DNA of 64,000 bases from assembly GCA_964035545.1 (NCBI GenBank), contig OZ037770.1, positions 6,644,729 to 6,708,728 of the forward strand. The letters run 5' to 3'. The stretch's first letter is position 1. Each line of letters opens with the position of its first letter. The notes under the pieces were generated by a model. That model worked only from the letters and a program-made list of their open reading frames with translations. It did not search any database and had not been told where the DNA came from. Positions 39,363 through 53,760 of the stretch are shown piece by piece. The position numbers and the translations under genes were made by a program. The stretch comes from Bugula neritina (lineage: Eukaryota > Animalia > Bryozoa).

Positions 39363-42300
39363 ATGCTTTGGCCACATATACTGACAAGGTTAGCTTTTAG
39401 TTACCAGCTGATTCAGCTCTGCCTCTGTAATGGGAGTACTCCAGACTGCCCCTGTGAGACACCATATGAGCCATTCACACCCTTTGAGCCAACCAGCAGT
39501 CTGCATCAAGAGGTAAGCAAATATCTGCCTTATAAAAAGTGTTTAGTAACTACAGAGTTTTTACGTTTCACATCGTAATAGTGCTTGCTTATCAACTTCT
39601 CACTCACTATGTTATGTCAGCAACTAGCTTTGGTTGTTCCATTTTTTCAATTTCAACTTTAAAAAAAAACAAAAACTGCAATAACATATATTCATGCAAG
39701 TATGTAGATACTTGCCAATTAAAAAAACTGTCTAAATCAATCAACAGTCTATGAGTATGAGTGGTTGTGAATGTCATTAGATAACATGGTGTCTGGTAAA
39801 GATGGCACAGGTAATAATGACACAAGTAATAATGGCACAAATAATGTGTCAACGTAGGTAAAAATGGCTATTTTCCAATAATATTAGGGTTTGGGTGATG
39901 TGGTGGAAGTTTGGAATGGGAGAATTTTAATTTTGGGAGCTTGAGTTTGCTACGGGTTGGGGTTTAAAGGTTGGGAGTTTGGGTTTTAAATAAAGGGTTT
40001 GGGTTCGGGTTTGGGAAAATTTAACATCAGTGTGCTATTCTTACCTAAAATCAAAAAACTCGGAGCATTTCAAATTGTGTTTTACTATTTATGAGCTTAG
40101 CTAAATTTTGCACAAATGCATATATGCGCACTATCGAGTTGAGAGAAGTTAATAACAGTACATCAAAGTAATTTATATCTTTTAGATTGTGTTGGTAAAG
40201 AACAGGCCAGAAGTAGAGTTTAGGTGCTGCAAGTATGAAGATCAGGTTGGAGTAAACATCTCTAACCTCATTCACCACCAGGTTGGCAAGCTAAGCGTAC
40301 TTGGTGGAACTATTGAGATTCTCATAAATGAGTTATTCCCCTTTACAAAAAGTAAGTTAACATAATAATCAGAAGTTGAAAATAAAGACTATAATATAGT
40401 CTTTATAATGTACATATTATGTACATTATTGAATTATTAAGGCTATCTGCAGTTACCAAACTGTTAGGCCTTACCATGTGTAGTGTTTATAGCAACCAAT
40501 TTTTCCTAAAAATATTAGCAGTTATAGACAGTGGCATGGGAATTTATATATTATTCAGTTCACTTTGAAGCATTCTGAGTAGAGCTGATTTCATACTAAG
40601 AAATCTCATTTATATATAGCTTAGGTTTTTTATTTATTAGGGTTTAGTTATAGTTGGCATGTAATTTTTGTCTATAGGTATATTGTAAGTAATCTTACAA
40701 CTTCTTAAAGGCAAAACCTTCTCATATTGGAAACTCTGCAAAGCTGTTCTATTAGAGCAAAGATACATTTTCATGTGCCACTGTTAGTAAGCATGTGGCC
40801 ACACAAGCAGATTTCTTTCATGCTAACCACACACTGTACAATTCACTGTAGTAATTACCACATGATGCATTGTCAGCAAATATAAGTTGCTAGCTAATGA
40901 CATTTACTTTTCATTTGTTTGCCTGTAAAAAGCATTTGCAACACGCGAGGCCCAACAGATGAAGTGCACAAAAAAATTATTGCTAATTAGTCATGAGCCA
41001 ATTACATTACTTTTTAGAAGCTTCCCAGCATGATCATTAAGCATTTTGATGAAATTTAATTCACAAGCTAACGGCTCGTTCTCAACTCAAATGTAATTTC
41101 TGCAATGTGTCCCTTTCCATAAACTAATTGCTAACTCAAACATATGTAGAAACTTCTATTTAACAAATAATAGCATGTCTTGATATTCTTTAGGCATTTC
41201 AATGTTGTAGTTTTATTTTATTTCAATGTTAAATTATAAACGCCATCAAACGAATTAAACAAACCAAAATATTTAATTACTGCATATATATGAGGACAGT
41301 ATGTCTTTTTAATTTTATTTATTTACTGCTTTTTAGCTTCAATTGCAAAGAAATTACAGAAACCTATAAAATCATAAAATTTACGCAGCATTAAATTTAT
41401 CCTCAACAGTTGGTTCAATTTGGCAAAAAAAATGATCATGTTTTATTCAATTAACAAAGAAAATGCATGGCTCTGTGGATTCTATATTTAACTATTTCTG
41501 CAGATCTCACTCAACTGGAGCTTACAAATGTTGGACTTCAGACGGTCTTTGCAGACGCATTTGACCCTTCAAACAGCATCAGATTCCTAAATCTAGCATT
41601 TAACTCAATAGAGAATGTTGATTTTCTATCAAACTTCAGAGAGATACAAGTGCTTGTACTTCGCTCAAATAAGATTACCAGTCTTAGTGCAGACACCATT
41701 GCAAACTTACCAGAGTTGAATAGTAAGTACACAACGTATCAAGATGCCTTGTTATGAGAGTTGTTAGTATAAGAGGTAATACATTCTCATGGCGTATACA
41801 TCAGTTTAACTTGCTGCAAGCATTGATCTAATACACACTTTTAACAACTTTATGAGAGTAAACTTTAAGTTTCATATAATCATGGGTAAAATATCCAAGT
41901 CATAATCTACAATAATATTTAAGCCTGGGCACTTTCAGGAATGGAGCTAAAAAGAATTAAACAATATTTTATAAAATTCTTTGAGTTTAACTCAAGCTAG
42001 TCAGACTTGTTGAAATATTTTTATGCATTGTGGCTGAATTTCTATGTGAACCCAATCAAATATAATTACATGAGTTCTAAGGCTATAACCAATTATAGTA
42101 TCAAAGGCTGTAGTATAGGTATAGTCCTAAAGGTTTCAGTATGTTCTAGTCTCAAAGGCTATAGTATTTAGCCCTGAAGGCTAAAATTGCCAAAGTTAAT
42201 ATAGCTTTAAACTGCCATATTTTAGTGTAGCCTTAGACCTAACGCTTGGCAGATTGCATTGAGTATTTGGTTGATATATTATGATATTTGTGACAACTAA

Positions 42301-45300
42301 AATTGTTTTATCGGGCATATCTGTTGAAACTGTTGCAATAGTAAACTGCCTAAGCACTTGTATTGTGGTTCATTTTGATGGACCACAGGCTAACAGTTGC
42401 TGCTTTATAATTGTCAGTTTTAGATTTGGCTAAAAACAAGTTGCACTCCTTGGGGTGGTTTGTAATGAACCCTTTTACGAAGCTGCACTCTCTGCTACTT
42501 GGAGAGAACGAGATTACATCACTGCCTGGCCGCCTGTTCACCAACAATAAACTTCTACATGATGTTGATCTTCAATCAAATAAAATTTCTACAATTCATT
42601 CAAAGGCTTTTCTACATGCTGAGTCAATTATGTGAGTATATAAAGTAAAACATTACATGTTGCAGGTAGACTATTACCTACAGTGAGATTTTATGGTATC
42701 ATTTCTCTGCAGCATTTGTTACATCTGATATAGCTACATGTATTGAGTTAAAACTCTAATTCTAATAACCAAAATCGTTGTTACAATTGCTTAAGTTTTT
42801 AAACTTCTTTACTGCTTTATTTGTTGGATGACAAGGCTAGTTAGCACTACTTACGTATTTCATTCATTTTATTTTTAATATAATATATATATAAGTTGGT
42901 AATACATTAGCTTAACAGTTTTGGGCAACTGATTTATTTTTTCCTGTTTACACTAATTTAGCTATAAATTATAACAAATACCAACAAGCAACAAATTATT
43001 GCAAAATATATTTTAGAAACCTCAACTTATTTCAGAACGAGATAAAATCAATTCCTCCCGAGATATATTTTGGGATGAGAAACTTGGTGGTGCTGAGTTT
43101 AAGTGTAAACTTTTTAAAAACGTTTGCCTATTATACTGACCCGGCTGAACTCTCACTAAACTCGACTACTTACCAAGCATTTGAGAGCAAGATCAAAGAG
43201 TTTAGGCTTGAAGGCAATCGGTGAGTTCTCTCACATTATATTATATAACTTTTCTTTGAGAGTTGCCCTCTGTCGTTAGTACACATGCACTTCCACCACA
43301 CTTTCCTTTCCTTGTGTCACTAAAGCTATTTGACTATATTGATAAATATCATCATCAGAAGTGTCTTCTAGCATCACACTGGCTCGTATATGAATCTTTT
43401 TCTACAATAATTTACGTATAATTGAGCTGGGAAGATAACTCTACTATAAGATATTGTATTACTTTCATATACATACATGTAGTTTAGTTATTTTGGAATA
43501 CTACTTTACTGCAACACAGTCTAATATGCTAAATATGCTATAATTTTATCATATGGCTATATACTATTATTGCATGCTATTACCATAATTTATAGCGTAG
43601 CATTATACATAAATGCAATTTTATGCAATAATGGTAATATACATACAATAATAGTATTGGTATACAAAATCGATATTATAATTAACTTAGTAAAACGTTT
43701 ATCTCATATAATATTTCTATTATTATAACATGTAGGTTGTTAAATACAAATTTTATGTTCTGTCTTGTGTATTTATAATATATAATGAATATAATGATAT
43801 ATGGTGAAATATATCATATATAGTTTATCATGTCATAAATATAGCATGTTTATGTATATATAATATATATTGCATATTGTATGTATATGTACATATTATG
43901 TAGATAACGTATATTGTAGAATACGAATTATTAATAAAAAGATGCAAGCTAGTTTAAAGAGGTTGTCCAATGTTGAACATATCCATCTCTCTCAGAACAT
44001 TCTCAGCTACATTCCTTCAAAATGTTTTTCAGGTAACTAGTGTTTTCAGGTAACTAGTGTTTTCAGGTAGCTATAGTGCTTTCAGGTAACTAATGTTTTT
44101 GCACTTTCTCTATCTCCCAAGTATATACAATTTCTGAATACAATAAAATATTAATAAGTCACATCATGTAAGCATTCAAACCATTATATAATATAATGAA
44201 ACATTAGTGATAGTTTTGTTGGTGCATGACAGAACATAAGAACTAAGTGAGACTGCAGTTTTAAGCTCAAAAATTAAACAATATGCATGAGTCATGTTGC
44301 CCTAAGAGGTTATCTGGAATAACAAACCAGAGTAGTGTGATTTCATTGATTGATTAGACTGTTCAATACTTTCCATCATTAGTTCTTATAGACATCAATC
44401 ACCATACAGTGAACAAAGTGTAGACAATTTCCTTAATCTGCTCTCATTGAATATTAAAATCTTCAACTCATGGTGGCAACAGTAGACTAGATTTAATGTT
44501 GCATTTACAAAATATTTAATGTTTATACTCGCTGACTTTAGCGCACATGCACGGCATCTGCACTGTTTCGAATGGGTTCAAACGTAAATTGTCGTTGTCG
44601 TTTGCATCAATTTACATGGTTGTAGTTTAGTTTGATGCAACTGATTCTAAAGGTTGAATGAGAAATTCATTGCGTAATACAAGTAATGAAAACGCAGCTA
44701 TTGTCTGAAAAACTTTTCATGTTTGTCTTTAAATGCATTGTTGCCGTCTACAGCAAGTAGCATAACTTCTAATATTATCCACCTGATCACAATATCTTTA
44801 CAAGTTCTTACCATAATAGGTGACACTGAAAACTTGCAAACATTATCATTGTTTTTATTTCCTAGGCTTACTTAAATTGGAGAAAATAACTCTGGACAAG
44901 AACAGGATCTCGGTGATGGCTCCCGACGCCTTTACGGAGCTACCGGCTTTCAATGACCTTGTTATTCATGGTAAGTCGCGTAGTAATCAAGTATAATTTC
45001 TCCTAAGCTGCTTGCGTAATTGAAGATCACTGCATTTCTGGCAAAACGTTAGCAACTTTTGCACACAGCAGACGTAGTAGTTTAATATTGTAGACAATTA
45101 TCCAATAGTCAACTTGGATTTCAGCAAGTCAAGAAATCTAACATCATTGAAAGTCCTACAGATTACAGAAGCTTCTATAGAAAATGTAAAGCCACCTATG
45201 CTGGAAGGGATTCCTCATCTGATACAATTAGATCTGCAGAAGTAAGTCTTTGTGCGTTTTACTCTGTTTGATTGTTAATGCATGATTATATGCATTGGGT

Positions 45301-48300
45301 AGCATGCCAAACAGTGTGATATAGTGCTTAATGCATTGTTTAACAAAATCTGATTCTGAACATCATTTTTATTGACAGCAATTTGATATCTAACGCTGAC
45401 TTTTTCGCAACTCTGTCTCATAAAAACAAGTTTCTGAAGTACATTGATCTGTCAAAGAATAAGATAGAAACGGTGAGTGAATTACAGAAGATGGAAAAAG
45501 TCAGTAAATAAGTTATAACCTTAAAAGAACAAAGTAAATTGGTAAACAATCTCAATATTTTACTACAGAATGAGAGAATTTGAGTTACTCTGCTAGCATT
45601 TTTTCAAGCAGTTAACTAAAACATTTATAACTCAAAAACCATATTTGATGCTTGTTTAAAATAAATTTTAATGGAAAAGTCAGATGTTTACATACATTTT
45701 ACTGGCACTTGTTTTTAGATTAACGAATATACCTTTGGTGGATATTGTGAAGAGTTGGAGCATCTTGATCTCAACACAAACCTCTTGAAAACGATTGATC
45801 TCTCTTACTTTACACATCAACATAAACTTGACTTTATTGACTTATCAAGTAAATATACAGCTAGGGAACTTAGGCTACATTTATTAAATTAAGAGGAATG
45901 TGATGCATTTTTTTCTAAAAAAAATGTAAAGTTACGTTAAAGTCATATTGATGTGGGAGCTCACTTTATAATACTAAACTACAACTCGCCTAATTGCTAT
46001 TTGATGCCCTTTGAAAACTTAACAAATCATATTTGAGTTGACAGCATGAAAGTAATATAATTGAGAAATTAGGCAGCTGCAGTGCAACATATTTACAAAC
46101 ATGAATACAGACATTTACAAAGAGTTGTCACCCCTTTGCTTGTTATTCTGAACTTATCACAAACCAACAACTTTGAGAAGTGGCCTTTTCTATTGCAACT
46201 CGGCCAAATTGAAAATCTCTGAAAATTATGAAGGTATAAACTCGACTTCAAATTTGTGATTGATTCTGCCAATAATCATCAAACTGAACGCTCTAATTAT
46301 TTATAGACAATGAGATTGAAACCCTGACAGCAGTTGGAGCAAAGACCACATTGGTGCTGTCTCGACTGAGATATCTAAATCTGTCTCATAACCATATAAA
46401 AACGCTGGACCACTTTGAAAATGTTAATTTAGTTTCGCTGAAGGTACGTACATAGCAATATTATATACAAACAAAACTATAACTTTTAAAATAAGTGCAG
46501 AATGCTTCTAACAGAGTAAGAGCCTTTTTTAACTTGATGGCCTCATTGACCCAGACTCTGATAGAATCACCATATGCCATGAAGCAGATTTTATGCATAG
46601 TGTCCTCGATCAATTTGCCAATGCCAAATCACTACCTCAATGAACAGTATACTTTCACCTTGAGTATGCTTTCAAGCAGTACACAATATTATAAAGCAAC
46701 AAATGCTGATCTGTGCATGCTTGGTTAGAAATATAAATGAAAATATTAATAAATTTTCAAAGGTTCATGCTTTTTCAAAAAAACCTAGTATAATAAGTAT
46801 AACAAACATGGGATTTATATAGAAAGCTCCAAGCATTTCTAATGAAAACCAAAATAGCATATATATTATTTAAATATACAAGTTAGATCTGAACTCTGTT
46901 GAAGGAGCTAAGGGTGTCTGATAATGAACTCACGACGCTGCCTGATTGCCTGTTTGCTGACGCACATATTCCCCGGGGCCTGTCTCTGGTAAACTACATG
47001 AGGAACAGCATCCATTGCAACTGCGATAATGCATGGCTCTCACAAATTTCTCGTAAGCATAGTTAATACTCTCTCATCTAGTACACAGTTTGGTAACACA
47101 TTTTCTACATTTACATATATTTCCTTCTGTTACAAATCTCTATAGAGTATATGCTAGAAAATTACTTGTGATATATTTATATATAAATATAAAAGAGATG
47201 TGTGTTTAGACTTTAGAATATGAGATGATGTTGCTACAATCTTGCCATCAAATTTTTCTAATAATTAAAGATCTACCAGCAGTTACTTTAGCTTCACTTC
47301 TGTTCAGGTCATGTAGAAACTGTGTTAGCTTCACTTCTGTTCAGGTCATGTAGAAACTGTGCTAGCTTCACTTTTGTTCAGGTCATGTAGAAACTGTGCT
47401 AGCTTCACATTGTGCAGAAGGAGAGAACTATGGTGACACGTTTCCTGTGACTCATTGTGAACCGCACGAATTCCACAAGTTGGAGAGACTGAGATGTACA
47501 GCTAGCAGTCAGCAGCCTAGCCTTGGAGTGTTGCTAGTCTTTCTCTTCTCCAACCTCTTCCTTATCATAATGATTGCTGGTAACTTGGTATTCTATGCTC
47601 TTAGTCTACAACTGGTTTTCTTGATGGTAACTTATAAGTGCATTGCTTTATGCTCTGCAACTTTAAAGGCCATTTTTATGCAAGCTTATATAGTTGAAGG
47701 TTTGGGCTTTCTTTTCGTTAATTAGACACAAACTAAAATTTACTTTGCTAATAACCAGAAACCTCAAATCTATATTTCCGTGAGCCCCTGATACAGAAAT
47801 TTTAAGGAGACCAAAATTTGTGCCTTTTTTACTGGTAACTGGTTTGAAAGCTTTTTTGCTGTGACATACAAGCAATTCTAATCTAATTTGATTTTTTGGC
47901 ATCACAAATGGGACTGCCAACATTAGTAAGAGTGACTTTGTATACCAGCTATGTCAAAACTCCAGCCACTAGACCACAGTTGGTCCCTATTTAATTGTCA
48001 AGTACTAATGTACAGAACAGAATGAGTCACATCTAGAACTTTCCGGCAACTGTGTCATAGAGAGTCAAATAGATTGTCAAGCAAATATACTATGGCTAAT
48101 GATAACGATTATCAGCTATTATGTGTCGTAGTATCTTGAAAATTAAAAAAATATCAGCAACATAATTATGCTTAGCCAATGTTAATGGCTGTGTGTTAAA
48201 ACAAACAATTTATTGGCAGCCTAGAAAGTGTAAATTATACTGTTATTGGCATGTGATGTGCTCATACTGAAATTATTGAATAATAATTTATCACGGCAAT

Positions 48301-51060
48301 TTACCAGCTCTACTCTTTAAACACTATAAATTTCTAAATTAGTTGTTTAAGCTCAAATATGCCAAATAAATAAAAGCCAATAAACCATTACTATAGGTTG
48401 CAGCACAACAATTACTGCATTCTCATCATTTCCAACGCAGTGTATAAAGATTAAAGATGGTAAAATGCCTTGAAAAGTAAAAATAGAGATTGCATTGGAA
48501 TTTTAAAGGTCAGTCTATATGGAAACAATGCAAAAGAAAAAAACAAAGAAAGAAGAATAAATTTAAAGACGACGCTTCTGAGGTATCCGAATTACTTGCT
48601 AAGAGCATCAGAGATGCTGAAAGAGATAGAAGGAGGAGTGAGTTACCTCACCGTCATAGAAGGGGTAGCTCTGCTCCAAAACAAGGTTATACTATTATTA
48701 GAATACTTGCTGCACTTTGACTCCAATCTTGTATTTATGTATGCCTATACAACTACAACAATCTAGTAGTTGAAAGGGTCAAGTAAATTTAATAGTTCAC
48801 CCTTACCATATGGTTTATTTTAGCTGACATCACTTTAATTTAATAATTATATTTATCTAATCTGGAAACTTAGCAAAAGCTGTACTGTATCTGTTTATAG
48901 TTATACAACAAATTGGATTTTTCCCATAGTGTCTGATGTCTACAGCAAAGCTGTATTTCAATTGTATTGTAGCATATAGTTGATTGATACAGTTCATTGC
49001 TTAGAAATAAACATGTGACTGAAATATTCAAATAAATCAATGTTTCAGATGAGTGGGACTTGGAGAACCTGGAAATAACTGCATCACGTATGTATTCTAG
49101 TTTATAACACAAATTCTGATAATTTATAGATGCTAATTATCTTTGCAATGCTCAGCTAATATACCTATAGGTTGGATCTAAAGAATATAATACAAATACA
49201 TATAGATTGTGAAACATTATAACATACTGTATAACCCACTATGAAATATTAGCAATGAAAGATTACATTGTTAAAGTGTGTTATAACATTGGTAAAGTGT
49301 GTTATACCTTGTTAAAGTGTTCAACAGTGTTAAAGAATATGTTATACAGTGTTAGAATATGTTGCAGTGCTGAAAGCGCAGTTCTCTAGTTCAGATCAGG
49401 ATAATAGCAAAGCCACGGCTTTACGCAGAAACATTTCCCTGGCAAACTCCTTCAGCAGGCCTCTTCCGTCTACAGTACGTTTGTGCTGCTCTCACAACTA
49501 TGTTGTTCTGTAACTTCTGTAGAGTGCTGCAATTGTCTTACTGTTATTACTTTAACACGCATAGATTTGCTAATTCTATATATTGGCTAGTAAAACAGCT
49601 GATATAGTTGGATAAGGCCACGTTTTGTAATCATCAAAAGTGATCTAAATTATCCTCTGAATACTTGGTATATCCAGATTTACAATTGAACTTTGCAAAC
49701 CTTTTATACAAGTTATTAGAGTAGAAATGCATGCAGCAAACTTTTCATTTGGTGAATAAATTAAAAACAATGAAATGATTGTTATAGGGCAGCAGCAAAC
49801 TGGCTAAGTCATCAGCTCCAAGGAAGCCAACTCTAGACTCAGATGTACATGCAGACCTGTTAAAGAAACTTCGGGATATCGAGAAGGTGAGGCCACTCCC
49901 ATGACCCAACCATTGCGTTTAAAACAATTCTAAACGAATCAAAAGTTGTTAGCCAAATTTGCATTCTAGGTTAGACTGACAACAAGTAGCTATATAGCTG
50001 CAGTTTTGATGAGTAGATGGAGCAACATATTTCTATAATAATAGTTATCTTTTGACTTGAATATGAAATCCTTTGAATATAGCAGCAAAAACTTATAATT
50101 TCCTGATTTAAAAATCGCCATGATCATGATAAAAAAATTTTTGAAAGTTTTATTTGAGCAAGTGCCTATTGAACTATATTGGGTTATATAGAATACTGAG
50201 CTATTAATCATTTAGAAATAGAAGGTGATTCTTTTTATGCACATCGATGCCAGTTTTAATTTTAAATGTTTTTATATGGTATTAACTAATAACTGTAATA
50301 TATTACTATCACTGTCAATAATTCACACAGATGGAATATGACCGGAAAACCTCTAGTCCAAGATCTAAACATGCGAGTATAGAAGATATTTCAACTTATG
50401 TTTCATCTCAGGAGATTTCAATAAATGCCACAAAACAGTCTCAAAGTGAAAAGAAGTTACCAACACTGATGTATAGTGACCCACAGCAGACTACAGGAAT
50501 GAATAGCTCAGAGGTGTATATCACACTTACAGTAACAACCAGTGTACACACACATGCACACACACACCCACGCGTGCACACACAGTGTGTGTGTACGTGT
50601 GGGTGTATTTAATATTTACATATAATGACTTAAATCTTTAGGAATTAAATCAAGTTGCATTTAAAAAATACTATCTGCAAATCATGACCTTAATCTATTA
50701 CAGAATATATTACAAGTCTATGGTATGCTCTCGGATATAGGGAGTGATGAATCTGGGCACCTGAAGGTTATAAATTCCAAAGACTCCAGGTCAAGGAAAA
50801 ACACCATCTCTGGTACGAAATTAGGTTTGAAACATAATGTGAAGACAGTTTCATTTCTTTACCACAATTTCCAAATTTCAAAAATTAATCATTAGATTTT
50901 TGCAGGTGAATAATTTAAATTTCATTGGAATTTTGATAGTTGACAGCATTTATATGTTAGTATTGATATGAACAAAGTTACTCCAATGAATTTAGGAGAG
51001 GGCTCAGGAAAACCTGGACTAGAGGCTATCCATGAAGTACATGATGACCTGAATAATTAG
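39363..51060 (+). CDS. Type I transmembrane leucine-rich-repeat protein (signal-like N-terminus, many LRRs, LRRCT, TM, long non-TIR tail), ~900 aa
   Basis: In-frame GT-AG exons: 39363-39512, 40186-40351, 41504-41722, 42418-42631, 43017-43220, 43920-44032, 44866-44970, 45094-45241, 45379-45472, 45719-45848, 46307-46443, 46905-47052 (NSIHCNCDNAWL, LRRCT), 47382-47579 (TM LGVLLVFLFSNLFLIIMIAG), 48509-48685 (WKQCKRKKQRKK), 49368-49474, 49788-49886, 50331-50513, 50704-~50812. The last junction and stop are ambiguous (~50913 or 51060). Confidence 0.85.
39795..40048. mobile_element. MITE-like family copy 3, in intron 1 of the LRR gene
   Basis: GGCACAGGTAATAAT repeats, GGGTTT-rich core and AATTTAACATCAGTGTGCTATT..TACCTA right end. 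Confidence 0.6.
44023..44097 (+). repeat. ~17-bp tandem repeat of a splice donor (TGTTTTCAG|GTAACTAG), 4 copies
   Basis: CAG|GT with GT at 44033, 44050, 44067 and 44086. Confidence 0.9.
45965..46250 (+). mobile_element. Degenerate copy of the MITE at 58661-59091
   Basis: Shared GCTATTTGATGCCCTTTGAAA, ACAGCAT..AAG..ATAATTGAGAA, TGCAACTCGG and GAAGGT(A/G)TAAAC.C.ACTT. Confidence 0.6.
47290..47408 (+). repeat. 37-bp tandem triplication of the splice acceptor of the LRR transmembrane exon
   Basis: GCTTCACTT(C/T)TGTTCAG|GTCATGTAGAAACTGTG(T/C)TA three times; possible exon starts 47308, 47345, 47382. Confidence 0.93.
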
Positions 51061-52187
51061 CCTGAGAGAACATTATTGCTGTTTTATAAATTAAATCTCT
51101 TAAATCTGAAGCAAGTTAAGCAAGTAAATCCACAATTTTCACATGACGAATAAAATGTAGGTTTAAAGTTCTACTCTTCAAATTTTCCAAAATATAACTA
51201 TAACAAATTTTATCCTAGTTATTTTAAGTGTGTGTAACTTTTTTATGCAAATAAATAAGAAAAAGTCATTTTGTTAAACACTTGATATATTTATTCAATT
51301 TATTGCACTAATGCAACACATAGAATTCAATCTTTTAGTATTGAATTCAATTTTTTTTCTAAATAATTTTAATATTTATTATATAGTTGAAATAGCTTGT
51401 CTATTATATAATAATATAATTCAGATGTGAACGAATTTCTATCCTAAATCCTCTAACATAATAGCAAAACATATTTCTGCGATTATCTTCAACTGCTGCG
51501 ATTATTTCAACATTGTACATTGCTCACTGTATTCTCTAGCATTATTTTATGACTGGTAGAAAACTTAGTCAAAATACAGCTCTGCACCAAGACCATTTAA
51601 ATGCACATTCCACACCAAGCCAACATCAAACAAGTTGACCAAGAAACATTTTTGTTGATACATTATTGATACTATAACAAATCAAACTAATATTTTAAAT
51701 GATACTGTATTCATCTTCCAAGTTTAAATGAGAAACAAACATAAAGAAATTATGGCTGTTGGTTAGCAGTTGCTTCCATAATTAATTCTTTAATTTAAAT
51801 TAGATAATATTTGTTAATATAGAGTATTTTACCAGTGGATTTCTAGCTTTTCCTATAACAATAATCAGAAATAGATACATTCGTAATATTTGCAGAATAA
51901 TAACGTTCTATATCTCAGCAGTATTGACCAACATCACCACATGTTATCTTGTGGTCTCCCCTAGCTATAAGGGTTATACAGTCAAGTTATATGACCTTAG
52001 CTTCTCTGCAGTAGTTGGCCTATATATTTACATCCTGGAGTAAACTGATAAGGTACTGAATTTGAAGCTCTGACTTATGAGGGATGGTTATTTTATTTTT
52101 CTAAAACCAAAGAGTTGTATAACAAATACATGATAAATACTTTCATGTACAGGTTACAGCAAGATCTATCATTAGTGATGATAATCA

Positions 52188-52637
52188 CAGAGTTGGGGTC
52201 AATTACATATAAATGTAATTAATTACAATTACATGAAAATTGGTCAATTACAATTACAATTTTGATTACAATTACAATTACTTTTGTTCTCACAGGGGAT
52301 AAATAAAAGTTATACAATGTTAATTTTAGGGTCCAACTACCTGGGGCAGTTTTGACAGTGTTGAACCTCTTTTGTTCTCAACATTAACACTACACTAATT
52401 AGAATTAATTTGAATTTGTTATTTTGCATTAGGCATGGTAGGAAAATTATGAAATTTTTAAAATTCAAAAATTTGAAGTAATTGACTTGTAATTGTAAAG
52501 TAATTGGAAAAATCAATTACTTTAGATATGTAATTAATTACAATTGCAATTAAATTTTTATACATCAATTACAAGTTACATTTAATCACTTGAAAAAATG
52601 TAATAAATTACAGCCAATTACAATTACCCCAACCCTG
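52188..52637. mobile_element. hAT-like MITE with multiple AATTAC/GTAATT subterminal motifs
   Basis: CAGAGTTGGGGT...ACCCCAACCCTG termini; TAATCA flanks both ends (partial target-site duplication). Confidence 0.75.
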
Positions 52638-53399
52638 TAATCACCATTGTTCAACACATAGTCGAAAGCATGCAAATGAGAGAATTCAGGTAACTTAAAT
52701 CACCTGATATAATAAATGTTTTATGTAATTAACTCAGTTTAAAAATATTCTATTTATCTCTAATATGATGAGCTGGTATGGCCTGCCCCAAGAGTTTTAC
52801 AAACTCTTTTGTGGGAGTTGCACCCACAATATCCAGCTGCATCAATAAGAGACTAAAATTGACAAAAATATTGCAACAAACTTACATCACCATCAATTTA
52901 TTGATTATAGAGTATTACTAAGACAATCAAATAACTATCCAGAGCTAACAATTGACCAAAATATTCAGCCAAAGTTGAATCACATTATCAACAGAATATG
53001 TAAACTAATTACAGAAATTTCAGTTACAGCGATGACAAACAACATTGAAGAATATTCCAGATCTTTTGAGAATCTGTTAGCAACAAAGATACTCAAAAGT
53101 TTGATTCTCAACAACAAACTAATGGCACAAATAACAAACAAATAGCACACACCACCCAAGTGAGGCACAAATGGCTACAATGAGTGATAATTTTGTTGAA
53201 AGTAAATGTGAGAAAAAGTAACTTTGTCGTCTAATCGTAAGCCAAGTTCACTTTGTCTGCTATGTTTTTACAAATAACCCCCCCCCCCCCCCCCTATTAC
53301 TCAGCCACTCTCTATTATGCTGAATTTTGCAACATGCTTCACATCAACTTCACCATCTGACAAATATCTTCTTGTCATTCAACACTTTTGGCCAACCCA

Positions 53400-53760
53400 A
53401 ATATAAGGGAATGAGATTTGGCCTGTAGCAGGAACTCTCATACAGAAGTTAATAAGATGCGAATGTTAAGATACCACCTAGGGATGAGTTTAAAAGATCA
53501 CAAAGAAATGAGGAGAAAAAATCGAAGCAAAATTTATGCCAATCAGAATGTCTTGAGAAAAGAGATGTTGGGATTGTGAGGACATCAGGAGAGTAAAAAC
53601 AAGATGAGGGTGGAGGGAAGCAGAGGGTGTGTACGACCAAAACAGCAATGAAGTGACACGATTAAATTGGACCTCCATTGGCTAGATGTAGACCGGAGTA
53701 ATATAAGTGAGATGGAAAAGTTTGGTTGAACTGCGAGTTAGGCAAAAACCCGCCACCTAA
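53400..53760 (+). mobile_element. Heavily decayed RTE-like LINE 3' fragment
   Basis: EIWP...MRMLRYHLGMSLKDHK...MRVEGSRG resembles the RTE C-terminus seen at 20370-20830. Confidence 0.45.

Noticed and set aside
39880-40015. GGGTTT-rich tracts suggesting interstitial telomeric repeats
   Set aside because: Irregular, and they form the core of a MITE-like family seen three times.
49840-49886. WH2 actin-binding motif in the LRR tail
   Set aside because: A helix-like segment is present but the downstream LKKV/LRRV-type motif is missing.
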